NCBI GenBank assembly: GCA_050951325.1 | Contig: JBMNIW010000005.1 | Location: 1-64,000, forward strand | Direction of reading: 5' to 3' | Length of the DNA stretch: 64,000 nt | Source of the DNA: Clostridia bacterium | GTDB taxonomy: Bacteria > Bacillota > Clostridia > UBA1212 > DUPL01 | In this document: piece after piece, positions 1 through 10,492 of the stretch | How the letters are laid out: each line of letters begins with the position of its first letter | Numbering within the stretch: position 1 is the first letter of the stretch | Program-made: the position numbers and the translations under genes | The notes under the pieces: model-generated | What the model was told of the DNA's origin: nothing | What the model saw: the letters and a program-made list of their open reading frames with translations, nothing else | Database searches by the model: none

Positions 1-15
1 GCAGTAGATTACACA

Positions 16-44
16 TTTACAATCACCATATAATTTGGTATAAT
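16..44 (+). promoter_or_regulatory. sigma-A-like promoter of glnA
   Basis: TTTACA-N17-TATAAT with TGG extended -10. Confidence 0.6.
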
Positions 45-86
45 TTATGAGCCCTCCAAGGGTAAAATAAGGAAGAGGGGAATACC

Positions 87-1412
87 GTGAGTTACACTAA
101 GGAAGATATTCTAAGAAAAATCAAGGAAGATGACATAAGATTCATCAGATTACAATTCGTGGACATCTTTGGAATTCAGAAAAATGTTGCAATAATGTCA
201 AGTCAGGCGGAAAGAGCATTAAACAATTCATGCATGTTTGACGGATCCTCCATAGAAGGTTTTGTAAGGGTGGAAGAGTCCGATATGTATTTGTGGCCTG
301 ATTTGAATTCGTATGTTCGTTTTCCCTGGTGTACAGGTGGTAATGTGGCCAGGTTCATATGCGATATATATAAATCAGATAGAACTCCGTTTGAAGGAGA
401 CCCCAGATATGTTTTGAAAAAGGTAGTTAAAGAAGCTGAAAGCATGGGCTATACTTTCAATGTGGGTCCCGAACTTGAGTTTTTCTTGTTCCACAAGGAT
501 GAAAACGGATCTCCAACAACAAAAACTCATGATGATGCAGGCTATTTTGACTTGGGACCTGTGGATTTGGGCGAAAATGCAAGGCGGGATATATGCCTAA
601 CCTTGGAGGATATGGGATTTGAGATTGAGGGATCGCATCATGAAGTGGCTAGGGGTCAGCATGAGATTGATTTCAAGTATGCTGATGCTATTACTGCTGC
701 AGACAACATAATGACATTCAAGCTGGTAGTCAAAACCATAGCTCAGAAGTATGGACTGCACGCAACTTTCATGCCGAAACCCATATACGGTATTGCAGGT
801 TCTGGCATGCATACCAACATGTCCCTGCTCAAAAACGGCAAGAATGCTTTTGCGGACGAGAATGACAAGCTGGGGCTAAGCAAGGATGCATATCATTTTA
901 TTGCTGGAATACTCAAGCACATAAAGGGCTTTACAGCCATTGCAAACCCTATTATCAATTCATACAAGAGACTAGTACCCGGATACGAAGCACCCTGCTA
1001 TATAACCTGGTCCGCACAAAACAGAAGCACGCTTATTAGAATACCTTCATCAAGAGGTGAAGGCACTAGAATAGAATTGAGAAGTCCTGACCCTTCCGCA
1101 AATCCGTATCTTTTGTTTGCGGTGCTGCTGGCAGCAGGTCTTGACGGCATTAAAAAGGAACTTATGCCGAATGAAAGCAACAATGGATGCATCTATGACC
1201 TTAGCGATGACGAACTTGAGAATATGGGGATTGATAAACTTCCCGAAACGCTTGACAGGGCAGTTGAATGCATGATTGAAGATCCATTGATTAGAGAAAC
1301 TCTTGGCGACCATATATTCAACAAGTATGTTGAAGCCAAAAAGGCGGAAATATATGAGTACAGGACGAGAGTGTCTTCGTGGGAAATTGACAGGTATCTG
1401 TCAAAGTATTGA
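87..1412 (+). CDS. glnA: Glutamine synthetase type I
   Basis: Motifs [46 protein letters not shown]; GTG start with GAGGGG SD. Confidence 0.97.
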   Translation: MSYTKEDILRKIKEDDIRFIRLQFVDIFGIQKNVAIMSSQAERALNNSCMFDGSSIEGFVRVEESDMYLWPDLNSYVRFPWCTGGNVARFICDIYKSDRTPFEGDPRYVLKKVVKEAESMGYTFNVGPELEFFLFHKDENGSPTTKTHDDAGYFDLGPVDLGENARRDICLTLEDMGFEIEGSHHEVARGQHEIDFKYADAITAADNIMTFKLVVKTIAQKYGLHATFMPKPIYGIAGSGMHTNMSLLKNGKNAFADENDKLGLSKDAYHFIAGILKHIKGFTAIANPIINSYKRLVPGYEAPCYITWSAQNRSTLIRIPSSRGEGTRIELRSPDPSANPYLLFAVLLAAGLDGIKKELMPNESNNGCIYDLSDDELENMGIDKLPETLDRAVECMIEDPLIRETLGDHIFNKYVEAKKAEIYEYRTRVSSWEIDRYLSKY

Positions 1413-1462
1413 CGGTGGGTTCATAAGATATATTGAAGCTAATTTGCAAGGGGGCATCTGAG

Positions 1463-2299
1463 TTGAATTTCGTAAAAATGCATGGTCTTGGAAACGACTA
1501 TATTTATGTCGACCTAATGAAGGAGAACGTGGAAGATCCTGTTAATCTTGCCAGGAAAGTGAGTGACAGGCATTTTGGAGTTGGTTCTGACGGTCTGATC
1601 CTAATAGATAAATCCATAGTTGCTGATTTTAGAATGGATATCTACAATGCGGACGGTTCAAGGGCTGAAATGTGTGGAAACGGTATCAGGTGTGTGGGCA
1701 AATACTTGTACGACAAGGGTTATGCCAAGAGGAAGAATATAAAGATTGAGACACTGGCGGGCATAAAGGAGCTGGAACTCATAATTGAGGATGGTGTTTG
1801 TACAGGTGCCAGAGTTGATATTGGCGAGCCTGAATTGAACGTAAGGAAGATTCCAGTTATATGGAATGACGATACCATGATAGACCAGGAAATTCTTGTA
1901 GGAGGTAAACCTTACGGTGTTACATGCGTTTCCATGGGTAATCCTCATTGTGTTGTTTTTGTGGACGATGTTGAAAATATCGCCCTTGAGGCCATTGGTC
2001 CATTGTTTGAAAACCATCATCTTTTCCCGGCTAGAATCAACACGGAGTTTGCAAAAGTTTTGGATAGAAAAACAATCAGAATGAGGGTTTGGGAAAGAGG
2101 TTCAGGTGAAACCTTTGCCTGCGGAACCGGTGCCAGTGCAACAGTGGTGGCTGGAGTATTGAATGGCCTTTGCGACAGGGAGGCAACTGTAATTCTTAAC
2201 GGAGGAGAGCTCAAGATTCTTTGGGATGAAGCATCAAACCGTGTCTACATGGAAGGTCCTGCCGTTACAATATGCGAGGGTAAATACTTTTTGGATTGA
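1463..2299 (+). CDS. dapF: Diaminopimelate epimerase
   Basis: KMHGLGND, EMCGNGIRC, SMGNPH, RVWERGSGET.ACGTG; start moved to TTG 1463 behind AAGGGGG. Confidence 0.96.
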   Translation: MNFVKMHGLGNDYIYVDLMKENVEDPVNLARKVSDRHFGVGSDGLILIDKSIVADFRMDIYNADGSRAEMCGNGIRCVGKYLYDKGYAKRKNIKIETLAGIKELELIIEDGVCTGARVDIGEPELNVRKIPVIWNDDTMIDQEILVGGKPYGVTCVSMGNPHCVVFVDDVENIALEAIGPLFENHHLFPARINTEFAKVLDRKTIRMRVWERGSGETFACGTGASATVVAGVLNGLCDREATVILNGGELKILWDEASNRVYMEGPAVTICEGKYFLD

Positions 2300-2333
2300 T
2301 TGTGGTATAATAGCCTTAGCATAAGCAAAGGAC

Positions 2334-3548
2334 GTGTTGGTGATGCTTAAAAGAGCGGTAATTTTTTCATTTGCTTTGGTGGCTCTTTTTGCAATTGCCG
2401 GGTGCAATGGCGACAAAAAGCCAAAGAGAGGAAAGAATGAGGTAGTTGTAATCAGCTACAATGTGGATGCTGACGAGTCAACCCTGATAAATAGAGGACC
2501 TTTGATGACAGATTTGATAAACACCCTCTATCCCGATTCGGTAGGTTTTCAGGAGGCAAGGCCGGGTTGGCTGCATCTTCTTACTAAAAATCTTAAAGCT
2601 TATTCTTACGTGGGAGTGTCTGCGGATGGGTCTAACCCTCATCCGGGATCTTTCGGGAATTATATTTTCTATTTGAAAGACAAATATGAAGTGGTTTTAT
2701 CTGGAAACTACTGGCATTCCGACACTCCTTTGATTCCTTCAATATATCCCGGAGCGGACTGCAACAGGTACTGCGTGTGGGCAATATTCAAGAACAAGAA
2801 GACCGGGACAATGTACGCCCATATCAACACTCACCTAAACTGGCTTCCGAACAAAAAGGCAACTGAAGCAGGAGCAAGAATGGTGCGCAGCATGGCGGAT
2901 GCTCTTTCGGAAATGGGGATTCCGGTTTTTGTTACAGGCGACTTCAATGACGGGGAAAACAGCAATACCTACAAGATTATGACGGAAGGAATCTTTGGAG
3001 ATTCAAAATTCCTCACAGAGGATACCATGAATGTGGGAACATATCCTCATTATGGTGATTACGATCCATACAAGGAAAATCCCAATGTCATCGACTATAT
3101 TTTCGTTACCGAGGAAAAGGTTGAGGTGCTTCAGTACAGGGTTTTGGATGAAAGACCTGGTGGGGAATACATATCGGACCATTTCGGCATCTATGTAATG
3201 GCAAGAATTCCTGAGGATAAAGTGCAAAACAGGTTTACATTAAAGGAAAAACCTTCGTTTCCAGAGGATTCGTACATCAAGATATCAAGAATAACCAAGA
3301 GTGATGCTGTCATTACCTTTTCAAAGGCTGTTGATGATTTTTATGTTGACTACTACGAAGTGAAAGTTATGAATGAGGAAGGCAAGGTTGTTTACAAAAA
3401 CCAGGTTTCTTCAGGTCTTTATCACGGTGATATTCTTGATGAATTGGAGATTAAGATTACAAAAGGAAGGCTTGATCCTGGAAAGAAGTATTATGTAGAG
3501 GTTTATGCAACAAATCTGTTTGGAAATACTTGTGACGAAGCCGCTTAA
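2334..3548 (+). CDS. Lipoprotein, endonuclease/exonuclease/phosphatase (EEP) domain plus C-terminal FN3-like domain
   Basis: Lipobox IAGC; SYNV, GFQE, NTHL, TGDFN, IDYIF, SDH motifs; FN3-like tail (LDPGKKYYVEVYATNLFGN), probably cut by a +1 shift near 3538. Confidence 0.8.
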   Translation: MLVMLKRAVIFSFALVALFAIAGCNGDKKPKRGKNEVVVISYNVDADESTLINRGPLMTDLINTLYPDSVGFQEARPGWLHLLTKNLKAYSYVGVSADGSNPHPGSFGNYIFYLKDKYEVVLSGNYWHSDTPLIPSIYPGADCNRYCVWAIFKNKKTGTMYAHINTHLNWLPNKKATEAGARMVRSMADALSEMGIPVFVTGDFNDGENSNTYKIMTEGIFGDSKFLTEDTMNVGTYPHYGDYDPYKENPNVIDYIFVTEEKVEVLQYRVLDERPGGEYISDHFGIYVMARIPEDKVQNRFTLKEKPSFPEDSYIKISRITKSDAVITFSKAVDDFYVDYYEVKVMNEEGKVVYKNQVSSGLYHGDILDELEIKITKGRLDPGKKYYVEVYATNLFGNTCDEAA

Positions 3549-3651
3549 AACAGAGTTTGCAAGTGCGGAAGACGCATAAGATTTGATGTTTGCAGATTAC
3601 AAAAAAGATGATATAATATATGTCGAACGACGAATAGGAGGGTTAATTGTA

Positions 3652-3798
3652 ATGAAGCATGTAAAAACATTAGCTGGTGCAAGCCTTAAAAAGAATTTGA
3701 AACACATGGGTTGTGGAGAATGTCAAACTTCATGCCAGTCTGCATGCAAGACTTCTTGTACTGTTGCAAACCAGGCATGCCGCAATAAGAGCAAGTAA
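3652..3798 (+). CDS. scfA: SCIFF (six-cysteine) ranthipeptide precursor, 48 aa
   Basis: MKHVKTL...GCGECQTSCQSACKTSCTVANQAC; AGGAGG SD before ATG 3652. Confidence 0.97.
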   Translation: MKHVKTLAGASLKKNLKHMGCGECQTSCQSACKTSCTVANQACRNKSK

Positions 3799-3834
3799 GT
3801 ATTTGACAAAGTGGCATTAATACATCTTGTGAAT

Positions 3835-3863
3835 GGGAAAAGTCCAGCGGCTTTTCTCTTTTT
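3835..3863 (+). terminator. Hairpin plus U-tract between scfA and scfB
   Basis: GGGAAAAGTC-CAGC-GGCTTTTCTC followed by TTTTT. Confidence 0.6.
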
Positions 3864-3881
3864 ATTTGATAGGGGATTAAT

Positions 3882-5231
3882 ATGATACATAAATATTCAC
3901 TTTACGGAACCAATATAGTTTTGGATACAGCCAGTGGGGCTGTTCATATTGTTGATGATATAGCTTACAATTTAATAGATGAGAATGATACGTCCTTGAA
4001 GGACCTTGAATATCTAAAGCAGAGGTATGGTGCCAAGTACCCTGTGGAAGAAGTTGAAGAGGCTTACAAGGAACTGAAAGAACTTTGCGATAATGGTCTT
4101 TTGTATACAAAGGACGATTACAGGAACATACCGGGCATAGAGCTGAAGAACCATGTTATCAAGGCGATGTGTCTGCATGTTTGTCATGACTGCAATTTAA
4201 GGTGCGGTTATTGCTTTGCTCATACGGGAGATTTTGGCGGCCATAGAATGCTCATGGATGAAGAAACTGCGAAACGTGCGGTGGACTTTCTTGTTAGGAA
4301 CTCCGGTGCCAGAAGAAATCTTGAAATAGATTTCTTTGGCGGTGAGCCTTTAATGAACATGGATGTAGTAAAGAAGACAGTTGAGTACATTAAAGAAAAC
4401 GAGGAGTCCTGGGGCAAGAAGATAAATCTCACCATAACCACAAACGGTGTTTTGCTGGATGATGAGAACCTCGAGTATATAAATGAATACATGGATAATC
4501 TTGTTTTGAGCATTGATGGAAGAAAAGAGATAAACGACAAGATGCGAAAAACAGTCAGCGGCAAGGGAAGCTACGATGTGATTGTTGACAAGCTGAAAAA
4601 GGCTGCTGATTCAAGGAACCAGGACAGGTATTACGTAAGAGGCACCTTTACCAGCCTGAATCTGGATTTTTCTGAAGATGTCAAGCATCTTGCGGAAATG
4701 GGTTTCAAGCAGATATCCGTGGAGCCTGTTGTTGCTCCTGATGGTTCAGGTTACGAGCTAAAGGAGGAGCATTTGCCAATCTTGTTCAAAGAGTATGAGA
4801 AGCTTGCAAAATACTATGCGGAAAAGTGGCAGACGGACGACTGGTTCAACTTTTTTCATTTTATGATTGACTTGACACAAGGTCCATGCGTTGCAAAAAG
4901 AGTAAGAGGCTGCGGAGCAGGCAGCGAGTATGTTGCCGTAACACCGGAAGGGGATATATATCCTTGCCATCAGTTTGTTGGACAGACTGAATTTATTATA
5001 GGTAATGTATATGGCAACGAGCTTGATTATGAGCTGATGGATACTTTCAAAGAGAAGAATGTGTTTACGAAGAAGTCGTGCATGGACTGCTGGGCGAGAT
5101 ATTACTGCAGCGGTGGTTGTCATGCGAATAGTTGGAATTTGAACAAGGATTTGGATATACCTTACGAACTAGGCTGTGAATTGCAGAAGAAAAGAATAGA
5201 ATGCGCCATATGGGCAAAAGCCATGGAGTAG
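3882..5231 (+). CDS. scfB: SCIFF peptide radical SAM/SPASM maturase
   Basis: CNLRCGYC, FFGGEP, SPASM cysteines (GPC..KRVRGCGAG, IYPCHQF, C..C.ARYYCSGGC); adjacent to scfA. Confidence 0.96.
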   Translation: MIHKYSLYGTNIVLDTASGAVHIVDDIAYNLIDENDTSLKDLEYLKQRYGAKYPVEEVEEAYKELKELCDNGLLYTKDDYRNIPGIELKNHVIKAMCLHVCHDCNLRCGYCFAHTGDFGGHRMLMDEETAKRAVDFLVRNSGARRNLEIDFFGGEPLMNMDVVKKTVEYIKENEESWGKKINLTITTNGVLLDDENLEYINEYMDNLVLSIDGRKEINDKMRKTVSGKGSYDVIVDKLKKAADSRNQDRYYVRGTFTSLNLDFSEDVKHLAEMGFKQISVEPVVAPDGSGYELKEEHLPILFKEYEKLAKYYAEKWQTDDWFNFFHFMIDLTQGPCVAKRVRGCGAGSEYVAVTPEGDIYPCHQFVGQTEFIIGNVYGNELDYELMDTFKEKNVFTKKSCMDCWARYYCSGGCHANSWNLNKDLDIPYELGCELQKKRIECAIWAKAME

Positions 5232-5233
5232 TG

Positions 5234-5515
5234 TTACTCTCTGGCTTCTCCCATTTTGACAAACTCAACTATTACTGCTACAATTGCAGCGAGCAAAAGC
5301 ATGCCTGTTCCACTTTTTATTATGTACTTGGCGGTATTGAATATTGTGGGGGTTGCATTTCCTCCTATGTACAAGTAAAGCATAATACATATGCCAATGA
5401 TGGAACATAGAATGCTTGTCCAGATTCCTGCGCTTAATGCGCTGGCGGAAATCTGTGATAGCTGTTTGAATAATTGTATAAAGCTTTTGTCAAGCCTTTT
5501 GAATTTATTTATCAT
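5234..5515 (-). CDS. Small hypothetical membrane protein (2 TM)
   Basis: ATG 5515 behind AGGTGA SD; two hydrophobic segments; fills the intergenic gap. Confidence 0.55.
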   Translation of the reverse strand: MINKFKRLDKSFIQLFKQLSQISASALSAGIWTSILCSIIGICIMLYLYIGGNATPTIFNTAKYIIKSGTGMLLLAAIVAVIVEFVKMGEARE

Positions 5516-5708
5516 ATTAATCACCTGCAAAATTTATTCTTGTAGATACATTTTAGCAAAATTACAAGCAATAACTCAATGATTAAATATTGGTAAGTAA
5601 TAAAAAAAGGTTTTTTGATGCCGATGTCGTATTATATAATTGCAGGCTGTTATTGCCATGGCTTATAGCCAAGGCGGAAAGCCGTAATGGACAGGGGTGT
5701 ACATATAG

Positions 5709-7490
5709 TTGATACCTGAATCACAAGTTGAAGATATAATCAGCAGGAATGACCTTGTTGACGTGATTAACGAGTATACGCACCTTGCTCGCAGGGGTAG
5801 CGGATACATGGGGCTTTGCCCTTTTCATAGGGAAAAGACACCGTCCTTTTCCGTGCATGAAGGAAAACAGATTTTCAAATGTTTCGGTTGCGGAAAAGGA
5901 GGAAATGTTGTACATTTCATAATGCTGGCTGAGGGATTGGATTACAGATCAGCATTGGAGTTTCTGGCAAACAGGGTGGGTATTGAAATTGAGACCACTA
6001 GAAGCCGTGGAAGCAGTACAACGAAGCTTAGGCAGGACATTATGTCTGTAAACAAGGAGGCTGCAAGATTTTTCTTCAGAAACCTGATTGACAATAAAAT
6101 TGCGCAGAAATATTGCGTTGATAGAGGAATTGATGTAAAGACAATAAAGAAGTTTGGCATTGGTTTTGCACCTGATGCCTGGAGTGCTTTGAGGGAACAT
6201 TTAAAGGCACAGGGAGTAAGCGATGAGCTTCTACTGAAAGCAGGGTTAATCTTGCAGGGTAAGGAAAACAGTACATATGACAGATTCAGAAACCGTCTTA
6301 TGTTTCCTATTTTCGATGTTCTGGGTAACGTGATTGCTTTTGGTGGACGAGTTCTGGATGATTCAATGCCAAAGTATTTGAATTCTCCCGAAACCGTACT
6401 TTATACCAAAGGCAACCATTTGTATGCCTTGAATTTTGCAAGAAAAAGTGAAAGTAAAAGGGTTTTCATTGTTGAAGGATATATGGATTGCATAGCTCTT
6501 AATCAACGGGGAATAACATATTCAGTTGCTTCGCTTGGTACGGCTCTGACCGATAATCAGGCAAAACTATTGAAAAAGTACTTTGATGAAGTGATAATAA
6601 GTTATGATGCGGATACTGCAGGTCAAAACGCAACCATAAGAGGTATGGAAATACTGCAAAAGCACGGTTTCAGGGTAAAAGTTCTGGAATTGCCAAAAGG
6701 AGACGACCCGGACGACTATATTAGAAAGTATGGAAGGGACAAGTTCTTTGAACTGGCAGATGGTGCGAAAACTTTTGTTGAGTACCAGGTATCCCTGATT
6801 GAGGGAAGATGGTCTCCCAAACAACTGGACACGAGAATTGAGTTTGTAAAAGAAGTTGTTGAACTGTTGGCAAAAATTGAAAATCGGGTAGAAAGAGACA
6901 TGTATAGTAAATGGGTTTCGAGGGAATATGACTTATCGGAAGAAACTCTTCAGATGCAGGTTGAAAACCGAATAAAAGGACAGAAAGTAAATCTTGACAA
7001 TCTTTATGTTATTAAACGTGCTGCTGTGAGGGCGGACACGAAAGCAATGGAGTTAAAGGATGAGAATCTGACAAAACGTGACAGAAATGAGAAAATGCTC
7101 ATTCTGTTGATGAGTGAAGAGGTTCAAGTTCTTAGAAGAGTGAGGAAGGAAATAAATAGCGACCTGTTTACCGAAAAAAACAGAAGATTGTATGAAAGTC
7201 TTCTAAAAAGAGAGGAACGGGGAGAATCGATTGGTAGCGAGTCTGTATTGAGGGATGCTGATATTGAGGATGCGGCTGTTATTTCCGAAATACTTTCCGA
7301 ATGGTTAACTCCTCCAGATATATATAAAGCGTGTAAGGAGATTATAATAAAACTGAGGAATGCAAAATACGAGGAAAGATTGGCAGAAATATATGAAGTT
7401 TTGAAAGATGAAAATTTGGATAGGGAAGAAAAAATCAAACTAACAAATGAAATAAAGAAAATATTAGAGGAGAAGAGGGCTGATATATGA
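5709..7490 (+). CDS. dnaG: DNA primase
   Basis: CPFH...C.GC zinc finger, [31 protein letters not shown] Toprim. Confidence 0.98.
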   Translation: MIPESQVEDIISRNDLVDVINEYTHLARRGSGYMGLCPFHREKTPSFSVHEGKQIFKCFGCGKGGNVVHFIMLAEGLDYRSALEFLANRVGIEIETTRSRGSSTTKLRQDIMSVNKEAARFFFRNLIDNKIAQKYCVDRGIDVKTIKKFGIGFAPDAWSALREHLKAQGVSDELLLKAGLILQGKENSTYDRFRNRLMFPIFDVLGNVIAFGGRVLDDSMPKYLNSPETVLYTKGNHLYALNFARKSESKRVFIVEGYMDCIALNQRGITYSVASLGTALTDNQAKLLKKYFDEVIISYDADTAGQNATIRGMEILQKHGFRVKVLELPKGDDPDDYIRKYGRDKFFELADGAKTFVEYQVSLIEGRWSPKQLDTRIEFVKEVVELLAKIENRVERDMYSKWVSREYDLSEETLQMQVENRIKGQKVNLDNLYVIKRAAVRADTKAMELKDENLTKRDRNEKMLILLMSEEVQVLRRVRKEINSDLFTEKNRRLYESLLKREERGESIGSESVLRDADIEDAAVISEILSEWLTPPDIYKACKEIIIKLRNAKYEERLAEIYEVLKDENLDREEKIKLTNEIKKILEEKRADI

Positions 7491-8710
7491 AAAAAGACGT
7501 AATCAATGAGAATAATGAGGCGGACATCTTGGATATGGAGCCGGAAGATCTGGAAAAAATAGAAGATATTGATTTGCTTGACGAGGACATAGATTTGGAT
7601 AAGGATTACGATGAGGATGATTCATACAAGGAAGATGATGATAGACATGCCCAAACCATTGTGTTCAATGATGAAATCGTCAAGTCCATCCTGGAGAAAG
7701 GAAAAGGCAAGGGTGTACTCACCATTGACGAGATTAATGCTGCGCTTGAGGATATTGAAATCGAGCCTGAGATTATTGAAAGGGTGTATCAGGCTGCGGA
7801 ACAAATGGGCATTAACATAATAGAGGATGAGTCAGAGGAAGAAGACTTGGGAGAGGACCTGGAAGCCAGCGTAGAAGGTATTGGCCTTGAGGACCATGTC
7901 AGAATGTATTTGAGGGAAATTGGTAAGGTGCCTCTTTTGACTGCGGAAGAGGAAGTTGAACTTGCTCACAGAATCGAAATGGGAGACGAAGAGGCTAAAA
8001 GGCGTCTTAATGAAGCTAACCTGAGGCTTGTTGTCAGCATAGCAAAACGCTATGTGGGAAGAGGCATGCAGTTTTTGGATTTGATTCAGGAAGGAAATCT
8101 GGGTCTTTTGAAGGCAGTGGAAAAGTTTGACTACAGAAAAGGATTTAAATTCAGTACTTACGCAACCTGGTGGATAAGACAAGCCATAACGAGGGCCATT
8201 GCGGACCAGGCGAGAACAATAAGAATTCCAGTCCACATGGTGGAGACAATAAACAAGCTCCTGAGGGTGTCAAAGCAACTTTCTCAGGAACTTGGAAAGG
8301 ATCCTACACCGGAGCAGATAGCAGAGGAAATGGAAATGCCTGTTGAGAAGGTAAGAGAAATTATGAAGATAAGCCAGGAGCCTGTATCTCTTGAAACTCC
8401 TGTTGGCGAGGAAGAGGACAGCCATATTGGCGACTTTATTGCCGATGAGAATGCTCCAGCTCCTTCGGAGAGAGCTGCGTACACATTGCTAAAGGAGCAG
8501 CTGCTTGAGGTGTTGGAAACTCTTACACCAAGAGAGCAAAAGGTTCTAAAACTTAGATTTGGTCTTGAAGATGGACGAGCCAGGACTCTTGAGGAAGTGG
8601 GCAAGGAGTTTAACGTGACCAGAGAGAGAATAAGACAGATTGAGGCAAAGGCTTTGAGAAAGCTCAGACATCCAAGCCGCAGCAAGAAACTTAGAGACTA
8701 TATAGATTAA
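7487..8710 (+). CDS. rpoD: Primary sigma factor SigA/RpoD
   Basis: [44 protein letters not shown]; follows dnaG. Confidence 0.98.
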   Translation: MKKDVINENNEADILDMEPEDLEKIEDIDLLDEDIDLDKDYDEDDSYKEDDDRHAQTIVFNDEIVKSILEKGKGKGVLTIDEINAALEDIEIEPEIIERVYQAAEQMGINIIEDESEEEDLGEDLEASVEGIGLEDHVRMYLREIGKVPLLTAEEEVELAHRIEMGDEEAKRRLNEANLRLVVSIAKRYVGRGMQFLDLIQEGNLGLLKAVEKFDYRKGFKFSTYATWWIRQAITRAIADQARTIRIPVHMVETINKLLRVSKQLSQELGKDPTPEQIAEEMEMPVEKVREIMKISQEPVSLETPVGEEEDSHIGDFIADENAPAPSERAAYTLLKEQLLEVLETLTPREQKVLKLRFGLEDGRARTLEEVGKEFNVTRERIRQIEAKALRKLRHPSRSKKLRDYID

Positions 8711-8745
8711 TAACCGGTTGTATGTTTATACATATGACTGTTTGG

Positions 8746-8774
8746 GGTGGAAGGAATATCCTTTCACCTTTTTT
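8746..8774. terminator. Terminator between convergent rpoD and nuclease-like gene
   Basis: GGTGGAAGGA-ATA-TCCTTTCACC followed by a T-run. Confidence 0.65.
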
Positions 8775-9462
8775 GTATGGACCTGTTGTAGATTAACAGG
8801 TTGCCTTTTTTTGATATCTGTTTGACTACCCCGAGATGTCGAAGAATATTCAAGGTCAATCTTGCATTCTTGATACTCGTATGTGCCTCTTTTGCAAAAT
8901 CCTTTGAAGAAAAATCTTCTGCCAAGGAATCTGGTACCAGTTTACAATAGTCTTCTTTAGAAGCGATCATCATGCTTTCGTGTACGTTTGTCACAATACG
9001 GTCATGGCATGTTGAACCTTTCTTTTTGTCATAGCTCCATCCGTTCAAGAGTCTATACTCATCCACGTCAAGGAGGATAGGCATGATTTTCATATTTGAA
9101 TTATCCAATAGATCTTTAATAGCATAAAGCTCTGAAAAAACATCGTACCATGTGCATTTCTTAGGTGATTTTCTTCCTTTTGAAACTTCATTGCTGGTGG
9201 TATCAATCCAGTATATTGTTTTTGTCTTAATCAAAGGCAGAACAATTGTGACAACATGCTCAGGTAAAAGGACATGTAGTTTTTTTCTGAGCCTGAATAA
9301 TTGTTTTGTCTGGATTTCGTAAACTCCTTCTTCGTTCAATATGTCAACATAGTATGGCCCTATTTTAACTTCATGATTGTTTTTGTTGCTGTCTATGTAG
9401 TTCTTTAGAAATGCGTGCATACTTTTTTCGCCCAGTGTACCGATTGTATTTATATCCTGAAT
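8764..9462 (-). CDS. Hypothetical PD-(D/E)xK-like nuclease with C-terminal winged helix
   Basis: HE...YYVDI.....YEIQTK restriction-endonuclease-like motif; C-terminal FSSKDFAK...LRHLGVV wHTH-like; frame open to ATT 9462 (first ATG 9420). Confidence 0.65.
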   Translation of the reverse strand: MQDINTIGTLGEKSMHAFLKNYIDSNKNNHEVKIGPYYVDILNEEGVYEIQTKQLFRLRKKLHVLLPEHVVTIVLPLIKTKTIYWIDTTSNEVSKGRKSPKKCTWYDVFSELYAIKDLLDNSNMKIMPILLDVDEYRLLNGWSYDKKKGSTCHDRIVTNVHESMMIASKEDYCKLVPDSLAEDFSSKDFAKEAHTSIKNARLTLNILRHLGVVKQISKKGNLLIYNRSIQKR

Positions 9463-9562
9463 GTTAATTACCCCTTTTTGTTTTTAGTCTAACATACAAT
9501 TAAAACATTGACAATTTGTTAATTTAATATTATATTTTTAATTAACAAATATAGAAAGAGAG

Positions 9563-10462
9563 ATGGTATTTATGAACAAGAGAGTATTCTACATCGTTTT
9601 TATTTTACTGTTTGTTCTAATATTGTCATTGACAGCGTGTCAGTCGGGCGGTGAAAAGGACGCTCCGACTCCAACTCCTACAGAGGAAGCGGAAAGGACG
9701 CCAACACCTACTCCTCCGCCAACGGCAACACCAGCACCAACGCCAAGACCGCTATCTGAAGAGCAAAAAGGTATTCCACAGGAAGAGTCTGAGGAGATTT
9801 TTAAAGATGAGTTCAAGGACGACAAAATCAGCATTGATGCGTTTACAAAAGGTGGTCAGGCAGACTTTTATGCAGTTATTGACGAACAGTTGTATTTGAG
9901 CTATGACGGTTATGAGTTTGTTGATGCATGGGATACATATGCTCCTGATTGGTATTTGACGGTTGGAGATACCCACAGTCAGTATGAGATTTATATTGAT
10001 ATGCAGACTACTTTTGAAAGAGATGATCAGTGGATGGCATGTTTCCTGGGTGTTAGAACACAGTATAACAGTGGCGAACACGGTATTCCAACAGACCCCT
10101 CTTCAGGATTCTGGGTTGCAATTTGCAAGGACAGAGCTACTATTTATCCAGGAACAGCAAATCAATGGGCTGCCGGACTTGTTCAAATCCAGTTGCCAGA
10201 AAGTGCAGAAACCATGCATACATATATTATAGTTGATGACGGCCAATGTGTGTATTACTATATGGTATTGTCAAGTGGCGAAAGACATTTGCTGTTGAAA
10301 GCCGATATATCCGGAGAAACAACAGTTATTACTGATGCAAATGGAGAAGAACTACTCCAATGCGACAACATGATTCAGGATAATACTGGTGGATACTTTA
10401 GAATATTCAACCACATGGGTAACACAATAGTTGACAAGGTAGTTATAAAAGGGTATAGGTAA
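9563..10462 (+). CDS. Hypothetical lipoprotein with Pro/Thr linker and beta-rich domain
   Basis: Lipobox LTAC; PTPTPT linker; TTGACA-N17-TATATT promoter upstream. Confidence 0.75.
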   Translation: MVFMNKRVFYIVFILLFVLILSLTACQSGGEKDAPTPTPTEEAERTPTPTPPPTATPAPTPRPLSEEQKGIPQEESEEIFKDEFKDDKISIDAFTKGGQADFYAVIDEQLYLSYDGYEFVDAWDTYAPDWYLTVGDTHSQYEIYIDMQTTFERDDQWMACFLGVRTQYNSGEHGIPTDPSSGFWVAICKDRATIYPGTANQWAAGLVQIQLPESAETMHTYIIVDDGQCVYYYMVLSSGERHLLLKADISGETTVITDANGEELLQCDNMIQDNTGGYFRIFNHMGNTIVDKVVIKGYR

Positions 10463-10468
10463 TAAATC

Positions 10469-10492
10469 AGGGAGATGAAAAATCATCTCCCT
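10469..10492. terminator. Bidirectional terminator
   Basis: AGGGAGATGA-AAAA-TCATCTCCCT between convergent genes. Confidence 0.65.

Noticed and set aside
45-86. glnA leader as glutamine riboswitch or ANTAR element
   Set aside because: Only about 35 nt with one weak hairpin (GCCC-N5-GGGT); no recognisable consensus.
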